A DNA stretch of 64,000 nt from assembly GCA_965227775.1 (NCBI GenBank), contig OZ245777.1, positions 2,912,001-2,976,000 on the forward strand. Reading direction: 5' to 3'. The translations under genes were made by a program, and so were the position numbers. Under the pieces are notes generated by a model that searched no databases, had not been told where the DNA came from, and was given only the letters and a program-made list of their open reading frames with translations. Below, piece by piece: positions 37,763-47,382 of this stretch (the stretch's first letter is position 1; each line of letters opens with the position of its first letter). Source of the stretch: Phycisphaerales bacterium. GTDB taxonomy: Bacteria; Planctomycetota; Phycisphaerae; Phycisphaerales; UBA1924.

Positions 37763-38736
37763 CCGTAGTCCTCGAACGCGGCTTCCTTCTCGGTGAACGC
37801 GGCTCGCTGGGCGAGCGTGGCGGTAACCAATGGCGCGCCGACAAGTACGAGCACCAGTAACGCTGGCATCCACCAGCTCTTGAGCCGGGGCGCGACGAGT
37901 GCGCACACGCCGCAGCCAAGCGCGGCGACGAGGAGCAACGCCACCGACCACTCGGTCAGCAACGGCGAGCCCACGGCCCGGCCCAGAAGCAGCCATACGC
38001 CAATCGCCATCGCAACCAGCACGCCCAGCCCTCGGATGACGACGAATCCGGCCGAATGCGCGTACAGGCCCAGGGCGATCGCCCCCGACACGAGCACGGC
38101 CTGCACCAAGCCCGCTTGTTGGGACGACACGCTGATTCCGAAGTTGAAGATGATCGCCGGAATCGATACCAGCAACGCGGCGAAGACGACAACAGGTACG
38201 GGCCGCGTGACCACGCCGCGATCGAGGTTTGCCAAGCGATTGAGCAGGACTTGCACCAGGAACGCTGATACGCCGATGGCGGGCGCATCGAGGGCAATGT
38301 CAAGGACGAGATTCTCGGTGAACCACAGCGGCTCGCGAATGCCGTAGCCGACTGCAACGCCTCCGAGCAGGCACAGTGGCAGCGCGAACCACCATCGCGC
38401 CGGCCCAGCCGCGACAATCGCCGCAATGACCGCTCCGATCCCCACGAGCGCCGGGGTACGGAGGTTGACGTTCTCGGGCCACCAGCCCTCGTAGCTCTCG
38501 ACGAGCCGCATCGACAGCACCGCACCCGCACCCACAAGCAGCGTCGCCACGAACACGACGGACCGCTCGAAGACGCCTCGAGGGACCATCGGTGGCTGTT
38601 TGAACGGCTTGACCTGAGCCGGCGGGAGCGGGCCGCGCTTGATCGATACGAGCGCACCAGCGGCCACGAGCACGAACGTGGTGATCACGCCCGGCACGAC
38701 GCCGCCGTACAGCGCAGCGTTGATGCGAGGATCCAT
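37756..38736 (-). CDS. Multi-pass membrane protein, unknown function
   Basis: 326 aa with about 9-10 hydrophobic segments; 6 bp downstream of the YceI gene on the same strand. Confidence 0.75.
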   Translation of the reverse strand: MDPRINAALYGGVVPGVITTFVLVAAGALVSIKRGPLPPAQVKPFKQPPMVPRGVFERSVVFVATLLVGAGAVLSMRLVESYEGWWPENVNLRTPALVGIGAVIAAIVAAGPARWWFALPLCLLGGVAVGYGIREPLWFTENLVLDIALDAPAIGVSAFLVQVLLNRLANLDRGVVTRPVPVVVFAALLVSIPAIIFNFGISVSSQQAGLVQAVLVSGAIALGLYAHSAGFVVIRGLGVLVAMAIGVWLLLGRAVGSPLLTEWSVALLLVAALGCGVCALVAPRLKSWWMPALLVLVLVGAPLVTATLAQRAAFTEKEAAFEDYGY

Positions 38737-38742
38737 GCGGTT

Positions 38743-39390
38743 TTACTGAGCGGCCTTGACGAAGACAGTCAACTCGACGGTATCTCCCAGCCCGCCGTTG
38801 TCGATCGCGGCCGTCATGTTGAAGTCGCTGCGATCGAAGCTCATGGTGGCCTCGTAGCCGGCGTAGCGCTGGTTGCGGAAATCGCCCTCGCCGGTCTTGG
38901 TGATGGTGGCCGACACGGGCAGGGTCTTGCCGAGCAGCGTGAGCTCGCCATTGACGGTGACGCTGCCGTCGCTGTTGGCCTTACCGCCGCTGGCCTTGAA
39001 CGTGCTCGTGGGGAACTGGCGCACGTTGAAGTAGTCGGCGCTGCGCAGGTGCTCATCTCGCGAGTTGTTACCCGTCAGCACGCGCGTTACGTCGATGGTC
39101 ACGTCGATCGATGCGTCGCCTGGGTTCGATGGGTCGAGGTCGAGCGTGCCCTCGATGCCCGGGAAGATGCCGTGGAAGGGCGACGAGCCGCCGTGCATGA
39201 TGCGGAACACCACCCCCGAGTGCACGCTGTCGATCTCGCCGGCTGCGGCCGACGTGGTGAACGAGGCGGGCGTCACGGCCGCCTGCTGCGGGGCGGCCGG
39301 CTGGGCCTGCGACAAGACGGCAACGCCAGTGGCGCCGGCGGCTCCGAGTGCGACCAGGCCGGTGCTCGCGAGGATCTTGCGGATCTGCAT
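38743..39390 (-). CDS. YceI family protein
   Basis: Signal peptide; IDSVHSGVVFRIMH, RDEHLRSADYFN, GELTLLG and DRSDF; AAGGAG RBS. Confidence 0.9.
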   Translation of the reverse strand: MQIRKILASTGLVALGAAGATGVAVLSQAQPAAPQQAAVTPASFTTSAAAGEIDSVHSGVVFRIMHGGSSPFHGIFPGIEGTLDLDPSNPGDASIDVTIDVTRVLTGNNSRDEHLRSADYFNVRQFPTSTFKASGGKANSDGSVTVNGELTLLGKTLPVSATITKTGEGDFRNQRYAGYEATMSFDRSDFNMTAAIDNGGLGDTVELTVFVKAAQ

Positions 39391-39451
39391 GACGATGTTC
39401 TCCTTGGAGGGTGCTCAACCCGCGACCGCGGGCCTGCGAGCAACCGGGGGC

Positions 39452-40045
39452 TTAGCGCGCGTATTCCGGCTCGTTGCCGGGCTTCCACTTGATCGAGCAA
39501 CCGATGCTCGGCTTCTGGGGCCAATCGATGGGCTGGCCGGTCATTACGGCTTCGATCGCCATGCGGAGGTCGCGGCCGGTTACGGGCTCGTCGGTGCCGG
39601 GACGGCTGTCGTCGAGCTGGCCGCGGTAGGCAAGCTCAAAGTTCGCGTCGTACACGAAGAAATCGGGCGTGCAGGCCGCTTGGTAGGCCTTGGCCACCGA
39701 CTGATCGGCGTCGTAGAGGTACGGGAAGTCGAAGCCGTGTTCACGTGCGATCTCGGCCATCCGTTCTGGGGCATCATCGGGGTGCGTATCGACGTCATTG
39801 GGCATGATGGCGACGAAGGCCACACCCTTGCTCGTGCAATCCCGGCCCAGGCGGGCGACCTCGTCCATGATGTGCTTCACGAAGGGGCAGTGGTTGCAGA
39901 TGAACGCGACCACAAGCACCTTGGCGCCCTGGAATCCATCCAGGTCGATCACAGTGCCGGGCGGGTTCTTGCCCGAGTAATCCAGCAGGCTGAATTCTGG
40001 GGCCTTGGACCCGAGCGGGAGCATCACAGACTCGACGGGGGGCAT
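39452..40045 (-). CDS. Thioredoxin-fold (AhpC/TSA-like) protein
   Basis: FICNHCPFV, FPYLYD, AACTPDFF, YRGQLDDSRP and PSIGCSIKWK. Confidence 0.9.
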   Translation of the reverse strand: MPPVESVMLPLGSKAPEFSLLDYSGKNPPGTVIDLDGFQGAKVLVVAFICNHCPFVKHIMDEVARLGRDCTSKGVAFVAIMPNDVDTHPDDAPERMAEIAREHGFDFPYLYDADQSVAKAYQAACTPDFFVYDANFELAYRGQLDDSRPGTDEPVTGRDLRMAIEAVMTGQPIDWPQKPSIGCSIKWKPGNEPEYAR

Positions 40046-40147
40046 GGCGGGCTCTCCTGGCAGGAACGGGATTGGAGCGGACTCAGACCCAGCCTATCGC
40101 GTCGGCTTGGGCCAGCAAAAGTCAGGGGCGACCCCTCCGACGATGGC

Positions 40148-40394
40148 TATACTTCGCTTCGGCACGGTGGCTCGAGTGTGCCGACGCGGGCAAACCCGAA
40201 TGCTGAAGTCTTGTCCCGTTCCTTTCCGGGCGGGTCAGCGGAGTGGGAGCCGGCGGTTTTTTGATTCCGGAACGGCCTGTGTTGGCCGTCCTCACAGAAG
40301 CGCCCTGGGCGGGGCACTCCGGTAGGCCGTCAAGTGCCGAGCGCCGGAGTCGGGCCTTGCTACCGCCGGTGACGCTGCACGAAAGGCACCCGCC
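40148..40394 (+). promoter_or_regulatory. Putative rpsB -10 box (TATACT) and long 5' leader
   Basis: TATACT at 40148-40153 in an otherwise GC-rich spacer, ~240 nt upstream of rpsB; no clear -35 seen. Confidence 0.35.
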
Positions 40395-41240
40395 ATGGCC
40401 GAAGCAACCGAAAACTCTCTCGTCAAGGACCTCATCGAAGCGGGCATCCACTTCGGGCAGCGCTCCAGCGCCTGGAACCCGAAGATGAACCGCTACATCT
40501 ACGACCGCCGCAACGGCCTGCACATCATCGACATCAAGGAGACCGTGAAGGGCCTGCTCCTGGCCAAGCGGTTCCTAGCCAAGACCGTGTCCGAGGGCAA
40601 GGACGTGTGCTTTGTGGGCACCAAGCGCCAGGCCAAGGACATCCTCGAGGAACGGGCCAAGGACGTGGGCATGCACTGCGTGACCGAGCGTTGGCTCGGC
40701 GGCATGCTGACCAACTTCCGCACGATCCGCACGCGGCTGAAGCGGCTCGAAGAGCTCGAGGCGATCGAGCAAGAAGACAACTTCGCGAGCTACTCCAAGA
40801 AGATGGAGAGCCAGCTCCGCCGCGAGATGACCAAGATCCGGCGCAACCTCGACGGCGTGCGCGCGATGGACAAGCTGCCCGGCGCACTCATGATCATCGA
40901 CGTGAAGCGCGAGATGACCGCCATCCGCGAGGCCCGCAAGCTGGGCATCCCCACGATCGCGCTCATCGATACCGATGGCGATCCGGACGTCGTCGACATC
41001 CCGATCCCCGGCAATGACGACAGCATGCGGTCGATCGACGTGATCATCCGCGAGCTGTGCAAGGCGGTTGCCGAAGGCAAGCAGGGCCGCAGCGTGAGCG
41101 AGGCCGCCAGCGACAAGGACGAGAGCGGCGCCGAGCAGCCGCGTCGCCGCAGCCGCCGGGCCCAGTACTCGGCCGATGCTCCCACGCCCGCCCCTGAGGG
41201 CGAGGCCGACCAGCCGGCCGCTGCGGCCAGCGAAAACTGA
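40395..41240 (+). CDS. rpsB: 30S ribosomal protein S2
   Basis: LIEAGIHFG, WNPKM, FVGTKRQA, RWLGGMLTN and IPGNDD. Confidence 0.97.
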   Translation: MAEATENSLVKDLIEAGIHFGQRSSAWNPKMNRYIYDRRNGLHIIDIKETVKGLLLAKRFLAKTVSEGKDVCFVGTKRQAKDILEERAKDVGMHCVTERWLGGMLTNFRTIRTRLKRLEELEAIEQEDNFASYSKKMESQLRREMTKIRRNLDGVRAMDKLPGALMIIDVKREMTAIREARKLGIPTIALIDTDGDPDVVDIPIPGNDDSMRSIDVIIRELCKAVAEGKQGRSVSEAASDKDESGAEQPRRRSRRAQYSADAPTPAPEGEADQPAAAASEN

Positions 41241-41347
41241 GCGACACTCACCGCGATTCCGTTCTTGGCATCGCGACGCGACACGAATCCACGAGACACC
41301 CGCCGGCCCGAGCTGGGGTCGGCCTATCGAGCCGGAGAAGACTGAGC

Positions 41348-42163
41348 ATGGCACAAGTCGAAGTGAGCGCAAAAGACGTCATGAAGCTGCGTCAGAAGAC
41401 GGGCCTCTCGATGATGGAGTGCAAGAAGGCACTCACCGAGGCCGGCGGCGATCAGGACGCTGCCGAGGAGCTGCTGCGCAAGAAGCTCAAGGGCAAGATG
41501 GAGACCCGGACCGACCGCGCTGCGGGCGAGGGCCGCATCGGCGTGGCGATCGACGGCGACAAGGCCGCAATCGTCGAGATCCGTGCGGAAACCGACTTCA
41601 CGGCCAAGAACGAGAAGTTCGTCGACATGACCCAGAACATTGCCAACGCCGCCAAGGACGCGGGAGCCGGCGATGTAGCGCTGCCTGACTCTGCCACCGG
41701 CACGCTCGACGAGATCCGCATCACGACGGGCGAGAACATCAGCTACGCCCGCGGCAAGGCGCTGCAGGGCGGCAAGTTCGCCAGCTACGTGCATCACGAC
41801 GGCAAGACCGGCGTGCTGCTGCAGGCCGAGGGTGACGTCGACGACGCCACCATGAAGGACATCTGCATGCACATCGTGGCAGCAGTACCCACGCCCGCGG
41901 GCGTGAACCCCGACGATGTGCCGGCCGACCTTATCGAGAAGGAGCGCCAGTTCCGCCTCGCCCAGGCGATGGAGAGCGGCAAGCCCCAGGAGATCGCCGA
42001 GAAGATGGTCGAGGGCGGCATGCGCAAGTTCTTCGAGACGGTTGCCCTGGTGGAGCAGCCGTTCGTGAAGGACCCGGCAACCAAGATCAAGGACTTGGTG
42101 GGCTCCAACGGCAAGCTCGTGCACTTCGAGCGTTGGGTCGTGGGCGAGACCGCCGAGGACTGA
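41348..42163 (+). CDS. tsf: Elongation factor Ts
   Basis: VMKLRQKTGLSMMECKKAL, AETDFTAKN, ICMHIVA and LVEQPFVKD; follows rpsB. Confidence 0.97.
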   Translation: MAQVEVSAKDVMKLRQKTGLSMMECKKALTEAGGDQDAAEELLRKKLKGKMETRTDRAAGEGRIGVAIDGDKAAIVEIRAETDFTAKNEKFVDMTQNIANAAKDAGAGDVALPDSATGTLDEIRITTGENISYARGKALQGGKFASYVHHDGKTGVLLQAEGDVDDATMKDICMHIVAAVPTPAGVNPDDVPADLIEKERQFRLAQAMESGKPQEIAEKMVEGGMRKFFETVALVEQPFVKDPATKIKDLVGSNGKLVHFERWVVGETAED

Positions 42164-42185
42164 GCCGGTCCTAATATCGGCCACC

Positions 42186-42770
42186 ATGGCCGCAACCCAC
42201 AACGAGCAGTACACCATCCGGGCCAAGGTCTTCGACCTTGTCCCGCAGTTTTTTGTTACCGACCGAGACGGCCAGATGGTGGGCTACTGCCGCCAGAAGC
42301 TGTTCAAGTTCAAGGAAGAGATCGTTCTCTTCACCGATCGCTCGCGCGACACCGAGCTCCTGCGTATCAAGGCCCGTCAGATCATTGACTTCGGCGCGAC
42401 CTACGACGTCGTGATGCCCAATGGCCAGTCGATCGGCTCGCTACGACGCAAGGGCCTCAAGAGCACGTTCGTCCGCGACGAGTGGATGGTGTTCGACGAT
42501 CAGGGCCAGCAGATCGGCACGCTTCGAGAAGACTCGACGTTTCGCGCGTTGCTTCGTCGAACGGTCGATGCGGCGGCGACGTTCATGCCCCAGAAGTTTC
42601 ATCTGACCGACACCGGCGGAAGCGAGATTGCCGTGTTTCGCCAACACTTCAACCCGTTCGTATTCAAGATGGGCGTGGCCGTGCTGCAGGACAACGAGCA
42701 CCTCGACGACCTCATGCTGATCGCCATCGGCGTGCTGACGGCGGTGATCGAGGGTCGCCAGCGGAGTTGA
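42186..42770 (+). CDS. LURP-one/scramblase-like (tubby C-like) protein
   Basis: QKLFKFKEEI, IKARQIIDFGATYDV and IGSLRRKGLKS beta-rich pattern with a C-terminal hydrophobic helix. Confidence 0.65.
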   Translation: MAATHNEQYTIRAKVFDLVPQFFVTDRDGQMVGYCRQKLFKFKEEIVLFTDRSRDTELLRIKARQIIDFGATYDVVMPNGQSIGSLRRKGLKSTFVRDEWMVFDDQGQQIGTLREDSTFRALLRRTVDAAATFMPQKFHLTDTGGSEIAVFRQHFNPFVFKMGVAVLQDNEHLDDLMLIAIGVLTAVIEGRQRS

Positions 42771-42773
42771 CGG

Positions 42774-44705
42774 CTAGCGCTGTCGGCCGACGAGAACCGC
42801 GAGCAGCGTGAGATCGGCGGGCGTCACGCCCTCGAGCCGCGACGCTTGGCCGAACGTCTCCGGGCGAAATCGGTCGAGCGACTGGCGAGCCTCGGTGCGC
42901 AGGCTCGACATCGTCGTGTAATCGACATGCGAAGGTATGCGGCGACGCTCCATTTCCCGCTGCCGCTTGATCTCGTTCGTCTGACGCTTGATGTACGGCT
43001 CATAGCGACACTCGGCCGCGACCATGCGAAGCACCCTTGGGTCGAACGCTCGGCCTGCGATCTGTGTTACATCACGCTCGAAGCTCGCGTCGTCGTACTG
43101 CGGTTGCCTGAGTGCGTGCGACATTGAGCGGCCGTTGATCGTTGCCGAGGCAACAAGTAGCCGAAGGGCATCGGCTTCTGCCGTGCTTTGCTCGAAGCTC
43201 TCGACTCGCTGCTGGCCGATGTCGGTCGACCGCAGCAGTCCAATCTCGATGGCCTTCGGCGTGAGGCGTTCGGCGGCGTTGTCGCTGCGAAGCAGCAATC
43301 GGTGCTCGGCTCGGCTCGTGAACATGCGATACGGCTCGACCGGCGTGCGCGTCACGAGGTCGTCCATCAGCACGCCGATGTACGCCTCATCGCGCCCAAG
43401 AACAAAGTTGGCCTCACACCTGCTCGCGAACAATGCGGCATTGATGCCTGCCACGAGGCCCTGCGCCGCCGCTTCCTCATACCCGCTGGTGCCGTTGATC
43501 TGGCCGGCCAGGAAGAGCCCGTGGTACCGCTTCGTGCGACACGTCGCCTCGATCTGGTGCGGGCGGACCATGTCGTACTCAACGGCGTACCCCCACCGGT
43601 AGACATGGGCGTTTTCACAACCGGGCATGGTGTGGACGACGACGTCCTGCACATCGGCGGGCAGGCTTGTCGCGATGCCATTGCAGTAAACCCAGTCGCT
43701 CTCGAGGCTCTCGAGCTCAAGGAAGACCGTGTGCGAGGTGCGCTCGGCAAAGCGGTGGACCTTGTCTTCTATGCTCGGGCAGTAACGTGGGCCTGGGGCG
43801 AGATCGCCGCGGAACATGGGTGCACGATGAAGGTTTTGACGCACGAATTCGTGGGCTTGCGGCGATGTGCTGGTCTTCTTACAGGGCGTTGGCGTGAGCA
43901 CCGGGAATCGCGGCGCGGCAACATCCCCGACTACCCAGCCACAGGCTTCGCCGGACTCGGATGGCAGGGGCGTAAGCCTACTGAACGGCTCGGGCTCCTC
44001 GTCCGGCGGCTGGTCTTCGAGGCTGTCCCACTCGATCGAAGACTTCTGGATGCGCGGCGGCGTACCGGTGCGGAGACGGCCCAGGTCGAACCCGAGCCTT
44101 GACAGCTCAGCCGAAATGCCGACAGACGGCGCCTCACCGTGGCGGCCGCCGGGCGACTTCTGTTCGCCGGTATGCATCAGTCCGCGCATGAACGTGCCAG
44201 TGGTCAGGATGACCGCGGCCGCTCGCAGCTCGACCGGGAACGCGCGCGATTCACCTGTACCCGGGCCCAGCCGGACGCCAACTACGCGATCACCCTCGAG
44301 CACAAATTGCTCGACCGCCGCTTCGATGATCTCGATCTCCGGGCGAGCCTCGAGCATTGACCGCACGGCTCTCGGATAGGCTAGCTTGTCGCTCTGGGTG
44401 CGCGGGCCCCGAACGGCTGGTCCCCGGCTGCGATTGAGCAATGCGAAGTTGATGCCGGTCGCGTCGGCGGCGAGGCCCATGAGCCCGCCCATGGCGTCGA
44501 TCTCGTTGACGAGTTGGCCTTTTGCGAGCCCGCCGATGGCTGGATTGCAGCTCATCGCGCCGATCGTGTCGATTCGAAGGGTCACCAGCGCGACCGATCG
44601 GTCCTCGCCCAATAGATTGGCGGCGGCCCACGCGGCTTCTGCGCCAGCGTGTCCGCCGCCGATCACGATCACCCGATACTCATGGCTTGCCGACTGGGTC
44701 GTCAT
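42774..44705 (-). CDS. mnmG: tRNA uridine-5-carboxymethylaminomethyl(34) synthesis enzyme MnmG
   Basis: IGGGHAGAEAA, MSCNPAIGG, GPRYCPSIEDK, GYAVEYD, AGQINGTSGYEEAAAQG and EPYRMFTSRAE. Confidence 0.97.
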   Translation of the reverse strand: MTTQSASHEYRVIVIGGGHAGAEAAWAAANLLGEDRSVALVTLRIDTIGAMSCNPAIGGLAKGQLVNEIDAMGGLMGLAADATGINFALLNRSRGPAVRGPRTQSDKLAYPRAVRSMLEARPEIEIIEAAVEQFVLEGDRVVGVRLGPGTGESRAFPVELRAAAVILTTGTFMRGLMHTGEQKSPGGRHGEAPSVGISAELSRLGFDLGRLRTGTPPRIQKSSIEWDSLEDQPPDEEPEPFSRLTPLPSESGEACGWVVGDVAAPRFPVLTPTPCKKTSTSPQAHEFVRQNLHRAPMFRGDLAPGPRYCPSIEDKVHRFAERTSHTVFLELESLESDWVYCNGIATSLPADVQDVVVHTMPGCENAHVYRWGYAVEYDMVRPHQIEATCRTKRYHGLFLAGQINGTSGYEEAAAQGLVAGINAALFASRCEANFVLGRDEAYIGVLMDDLVTRTPVEPYRMFTSRAEHRLLLRSDNAAERLTPKAIEIGLLRSTDIGQQRVESFEQSTAEADALRLLVASATINGRSMSHALRQPQYDDASFERDVTQIAGRAFDPRVLRMVAAECRYEPYIKRQTNEIKRQREMERRRIPSHVDYTTMSSLRTEARQSLDRFRPETFGQASRLEGVTPADLTLLAVLVGRQR

Positions 44706-44730
44706 ACAGCCAAGTGTAGAAGCGAGCCGC

Positions 44731-45411
44731 TCAGACCGTGTTGGTGTCCTGCTCGGCGCAATCGGTGGCTTCCGCCACGCCGACCGCGACGGCCATCTTG
44801 ACGAGGCATGGCAGGGTCTTCGCCCGCATCTTGCTCATGACTCGCGAGCGGTGGACCTCGATGGTCTTCTCGCTCAGGCCCAGCTTCGCAGCAACCTGCT
44901 TGTTGGCGTAGCCATCGACGACCAGTTCCATGACCTCGCGCTCGCGCGGGGTGAGCTTCTCGAGCCGGCCGCGGATGCCGGCGACGCTGGCAGCGCGGGA
45001 GCGACGCTCCTCATCGACCTCGATCGCACGCGAGATCTGCTCAAGCAGCTCCTGGTCGCGGAATGGCTTCTCAAGGAAGTCGATGGCGCCGCGCTTGAGG
45101 GCCTGCACGGCCATCGGGACGTCGCCGTGGCCGCTGATCATGATGATCGGCAGCTTGACGCCTCGGCCCTTGAGCATGTCGAGAAGCTCCATGCCGCTGG
45201 TGCCGGGCATGCGTACGTCGAGCACGAGGCAGCCCGGGGCGTCGCCGGAGAACTCTTCGAGGAACGCGTCGGCGTTGGCGAACGGCTCGACGTTGAGGCC
45301 AACCGACTCGATCAGCCATCGCAGCGAATCGCGCATCGATGGATCGTCATCGACGATAAACACCGTCGCCGACTTGGTGATGTGGGTTTCTTCGGTCTGT
45401 ACCTGGCTCAT
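44731..45411 (-). CDS. FixJ/LuxR-family response regulator
   Basis: IVDDD, LDVRMPG, SGHGDVPMAV, FLEKP and LTPREREV...NKQVA...TIEVHR. Confidence 0.92.
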   Translation of the reverse strand: MSQVQTEETHITKSATVFIVDDDPSMRDSLRWLIESVGLNVEPFANADAFLEEFSGDAPGCLVLDVRMPGTSGMELLDMLKGRGVKLPIIMISGHGDVPMAVQALKRGAIDFLEKPFRDQELLEQISRAIEVDEERRSRAASVAGIRGRLEKLTPREREVMELVVDGYANKQVAAKLGLSEKTIEVHRSRVMSKMRAKTLPCLVKMAVAVGVAEATDCAEQDTNTV

Positions 45412-47012
45412 GCGGCGCCTCCTTGGCTCTTGGATCGTGGTGATGTTGAAGCGACAGAGTCGCTCCCGCTGGCCTTTCGATCTCCGTTGATGCCCGTCGC
45501 ACGCTGGTGCGCGGGCAGCCGGAGCTCGAACACGGCCCCTCCACCGGGGTTGTTGAGCGCGGTCAATCGACCGCCATGAACCTCGGCGATGGTCTTGCTA
45601 ATAGACAGGCCGAGGCCCATCCCCTTGCTCTTTGTTGAAAAGAACGGCTCGAACAGTCGTCCTTCGACGCCGTTGGGCAGGCCCTGCCCGTTGTCGGTAA
45701 CCGCCAGGCAAACCATGCCCTCGTCGTCGAGGTAGGTCCGCACGCGAACGATGGCGGGCGAGCACTCTGCGGCAAGAACGGCGTCTCGCGCGTTCCGAAG
45801 CAGATTCAGTGCAACCTGCTGGATCTGAACCTCATCAGCGCGAACGAGCGGCAGGTCTTCCGCCACCTCGACGCACAAGCGAACACGACTGCTGTTGGGG
45901 CTGGCCTTGAAGAACTTGATTGCCTGACGGATCGAGTCATTCAGCGACATCGGCTGATACTGGCACGACGTCGTGGACGCGAAACCACGCATCCGCTTGA
46001 TGATGCCACCGGCAAACTCAGCCAGTTCGGCGCAGCCGCGGACGGTCTTGATGAGCTGCTCGCGATCGATCGTGCCGGCCTCGAGGCGGCGCAAAACCCC
46101 GTTCATGTAGTTGGTGATCGCGCCGAGTGGCTGATTGAGCTCGTGCGCGATGCCGCTGGCGAGTTCACCCAACGAATTCTTCTGCCACTGGTGGGCCATC
46201 TCATCGAGCTGCTGGCGATGCTGCTGCTCGGCACGCTTTGACTCGGTCAGCGACTCGTGTGCCACGACGGCGTACCGGGTGCCACTCCATTCAAAGCCCG
46301 AAGCCCGGACTTGGAACCATCGCTGCTCGTCGGGACTATCGCACGGGTACTCGACGTATGTCGCACTCTGCTGCCCCGCCAGCACCGAACGCAAGCCTCG
46401 GGCTACCGCGTCGGCTTCGACGGCCGCTTCACCATCGGCTTGATCGCACGCTTGCAGGTAGTTGGAGCCGATACACGCGTCGTCGGATTCGAGCCCGTTG
46501 AGGCGTGCAAACTCTCGCCATGCCTTGTTGACGGCCATGATGCGACCCGAGCTGTCGAGCAGGGCAACCTCTGCTGGCATGACATCGAGCGCTGCCACGA
46601 GCAGTTCCATCGTGCCGCCGGTGCCATCGCTCAGGCCGGTCTTGATGTCGCCAGCCGTCGGCCCACGATCTCGCTCGACCAGGAGCAGCCAGCGATCGGA
46701 CGTCCCGCCGGGCTCACGAACGACCTCGACCCGGACTTCAGAGTTTGAGGCGTCGCGAAGGCAGCATGGGCGCCCTTCCTGGAGGGCAGACTCAACCTCA
46801 TCGCGTACGTGCTTGTCGACACCGAAGGCATCGAACGCGTCTGCGTGTGTCCCGAGGTTCCGTGCCGCCGCGTTCGCCCACGCGATCGAGATCGATCCAT
46901 CAGCCCATTGCACGGCGTAGGCCGGCGCGGGATGACACTCCATCAGCCGCGCCGACGCGTTGGTGCGCGTCGCGTCGAGTGCGCTCATGGGATGTTGGTC
47001 ATTGCGGATCAT
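45408..47012 (-). CDS. Soluble PAS-domain sensor histidine kinase (FixL-like HisKA)
   Basis: PAS VALLDSSGRIMAVNKAW...IGSNY; H-box AHELNQPL; N-box NLLRNARDA; DNGQG; GMGLGLSI. Stop overlaps the regulator start (ATGA). Confidence 0.9.
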   Translation of the reverse strand: MIRNDQHPMSALDATRTNASARLMECHPAPAYAVQWADGSISIAWANAAARNLGTHADAFDAFGVDKHVRDEVESALQEGRPCCLRDASNSEVRVEVVREPGGTSDRWLLLVERDRGPTAGDIKTGLSDGTGGTMELLVAALDVMPAEVALLDSSGRIMAVNKAWREFARLNGLESDDACIGSNYLQACDQADGEAAVEADAVARGLRSVLAGQQSATYVEYPCDSPDEQRWFQVRASGFEWSGTRYAVVAHESLTESKRAEQQHRQQLDEMAHQWQKNSLGELASGIAHELNQPLGAITNYMNGVLRRLEAGTIDREQLIKTVRGCAELAEFAGGIIKRMRGFASTTSCQYQPMSLNDSIRQAIKFFKASPNSSRVRLCVEVAEDLPLVRADEVQIQQVALNLLRNARDAVLAAECSPAIVRVRTYLDDEGMVCLAVTDNGQGLPNGVEGRLFEPFFSTKSKGMGLGLSISKTIAEVHGGRLTALNNPGGGAVFELRLPAHQRATGINGDRKASGSDSVASTSPRSKSQGGAA

Positions 47013-47382
47013 TTGAGTTTGTACTTAGTGTCCCTGACAAATCGAGCCTGCTCGATGCCCGTTCCTCCAGATTGAAGAACGACCGCGGCGAGGATCTCCT
47101 CGATACTCGGGCATTCCCTATGATAAGGGCGAACGTGTACGGGTTGACATTTATTCCGGCTGGTTTGCTGCGATCCGCAGGCTCTCTCTCGGGTAACGGC
47201 TGCGATCGGTCATTTGTAGTAGATGGAGTGGAATGGCTGGTCGGGACTGACAGGTCCCAGAACCTTGGGCGTCCCGTCAAATATCCGCATTTTCCTCCCG
47301 ATTACGGGGGGCTGCTGGTACACTGGACCTGCGGAACGGTACAGAGAGATCACGATACACCCAATTTCAGAGGAGAGCACCC

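Noticed and set aside
47144..47175. TTGACA as a -35 box or FNR/FixK half-site
   Set aside because: No -10 box at 16-18 nt and no matching ATCAA half-site.
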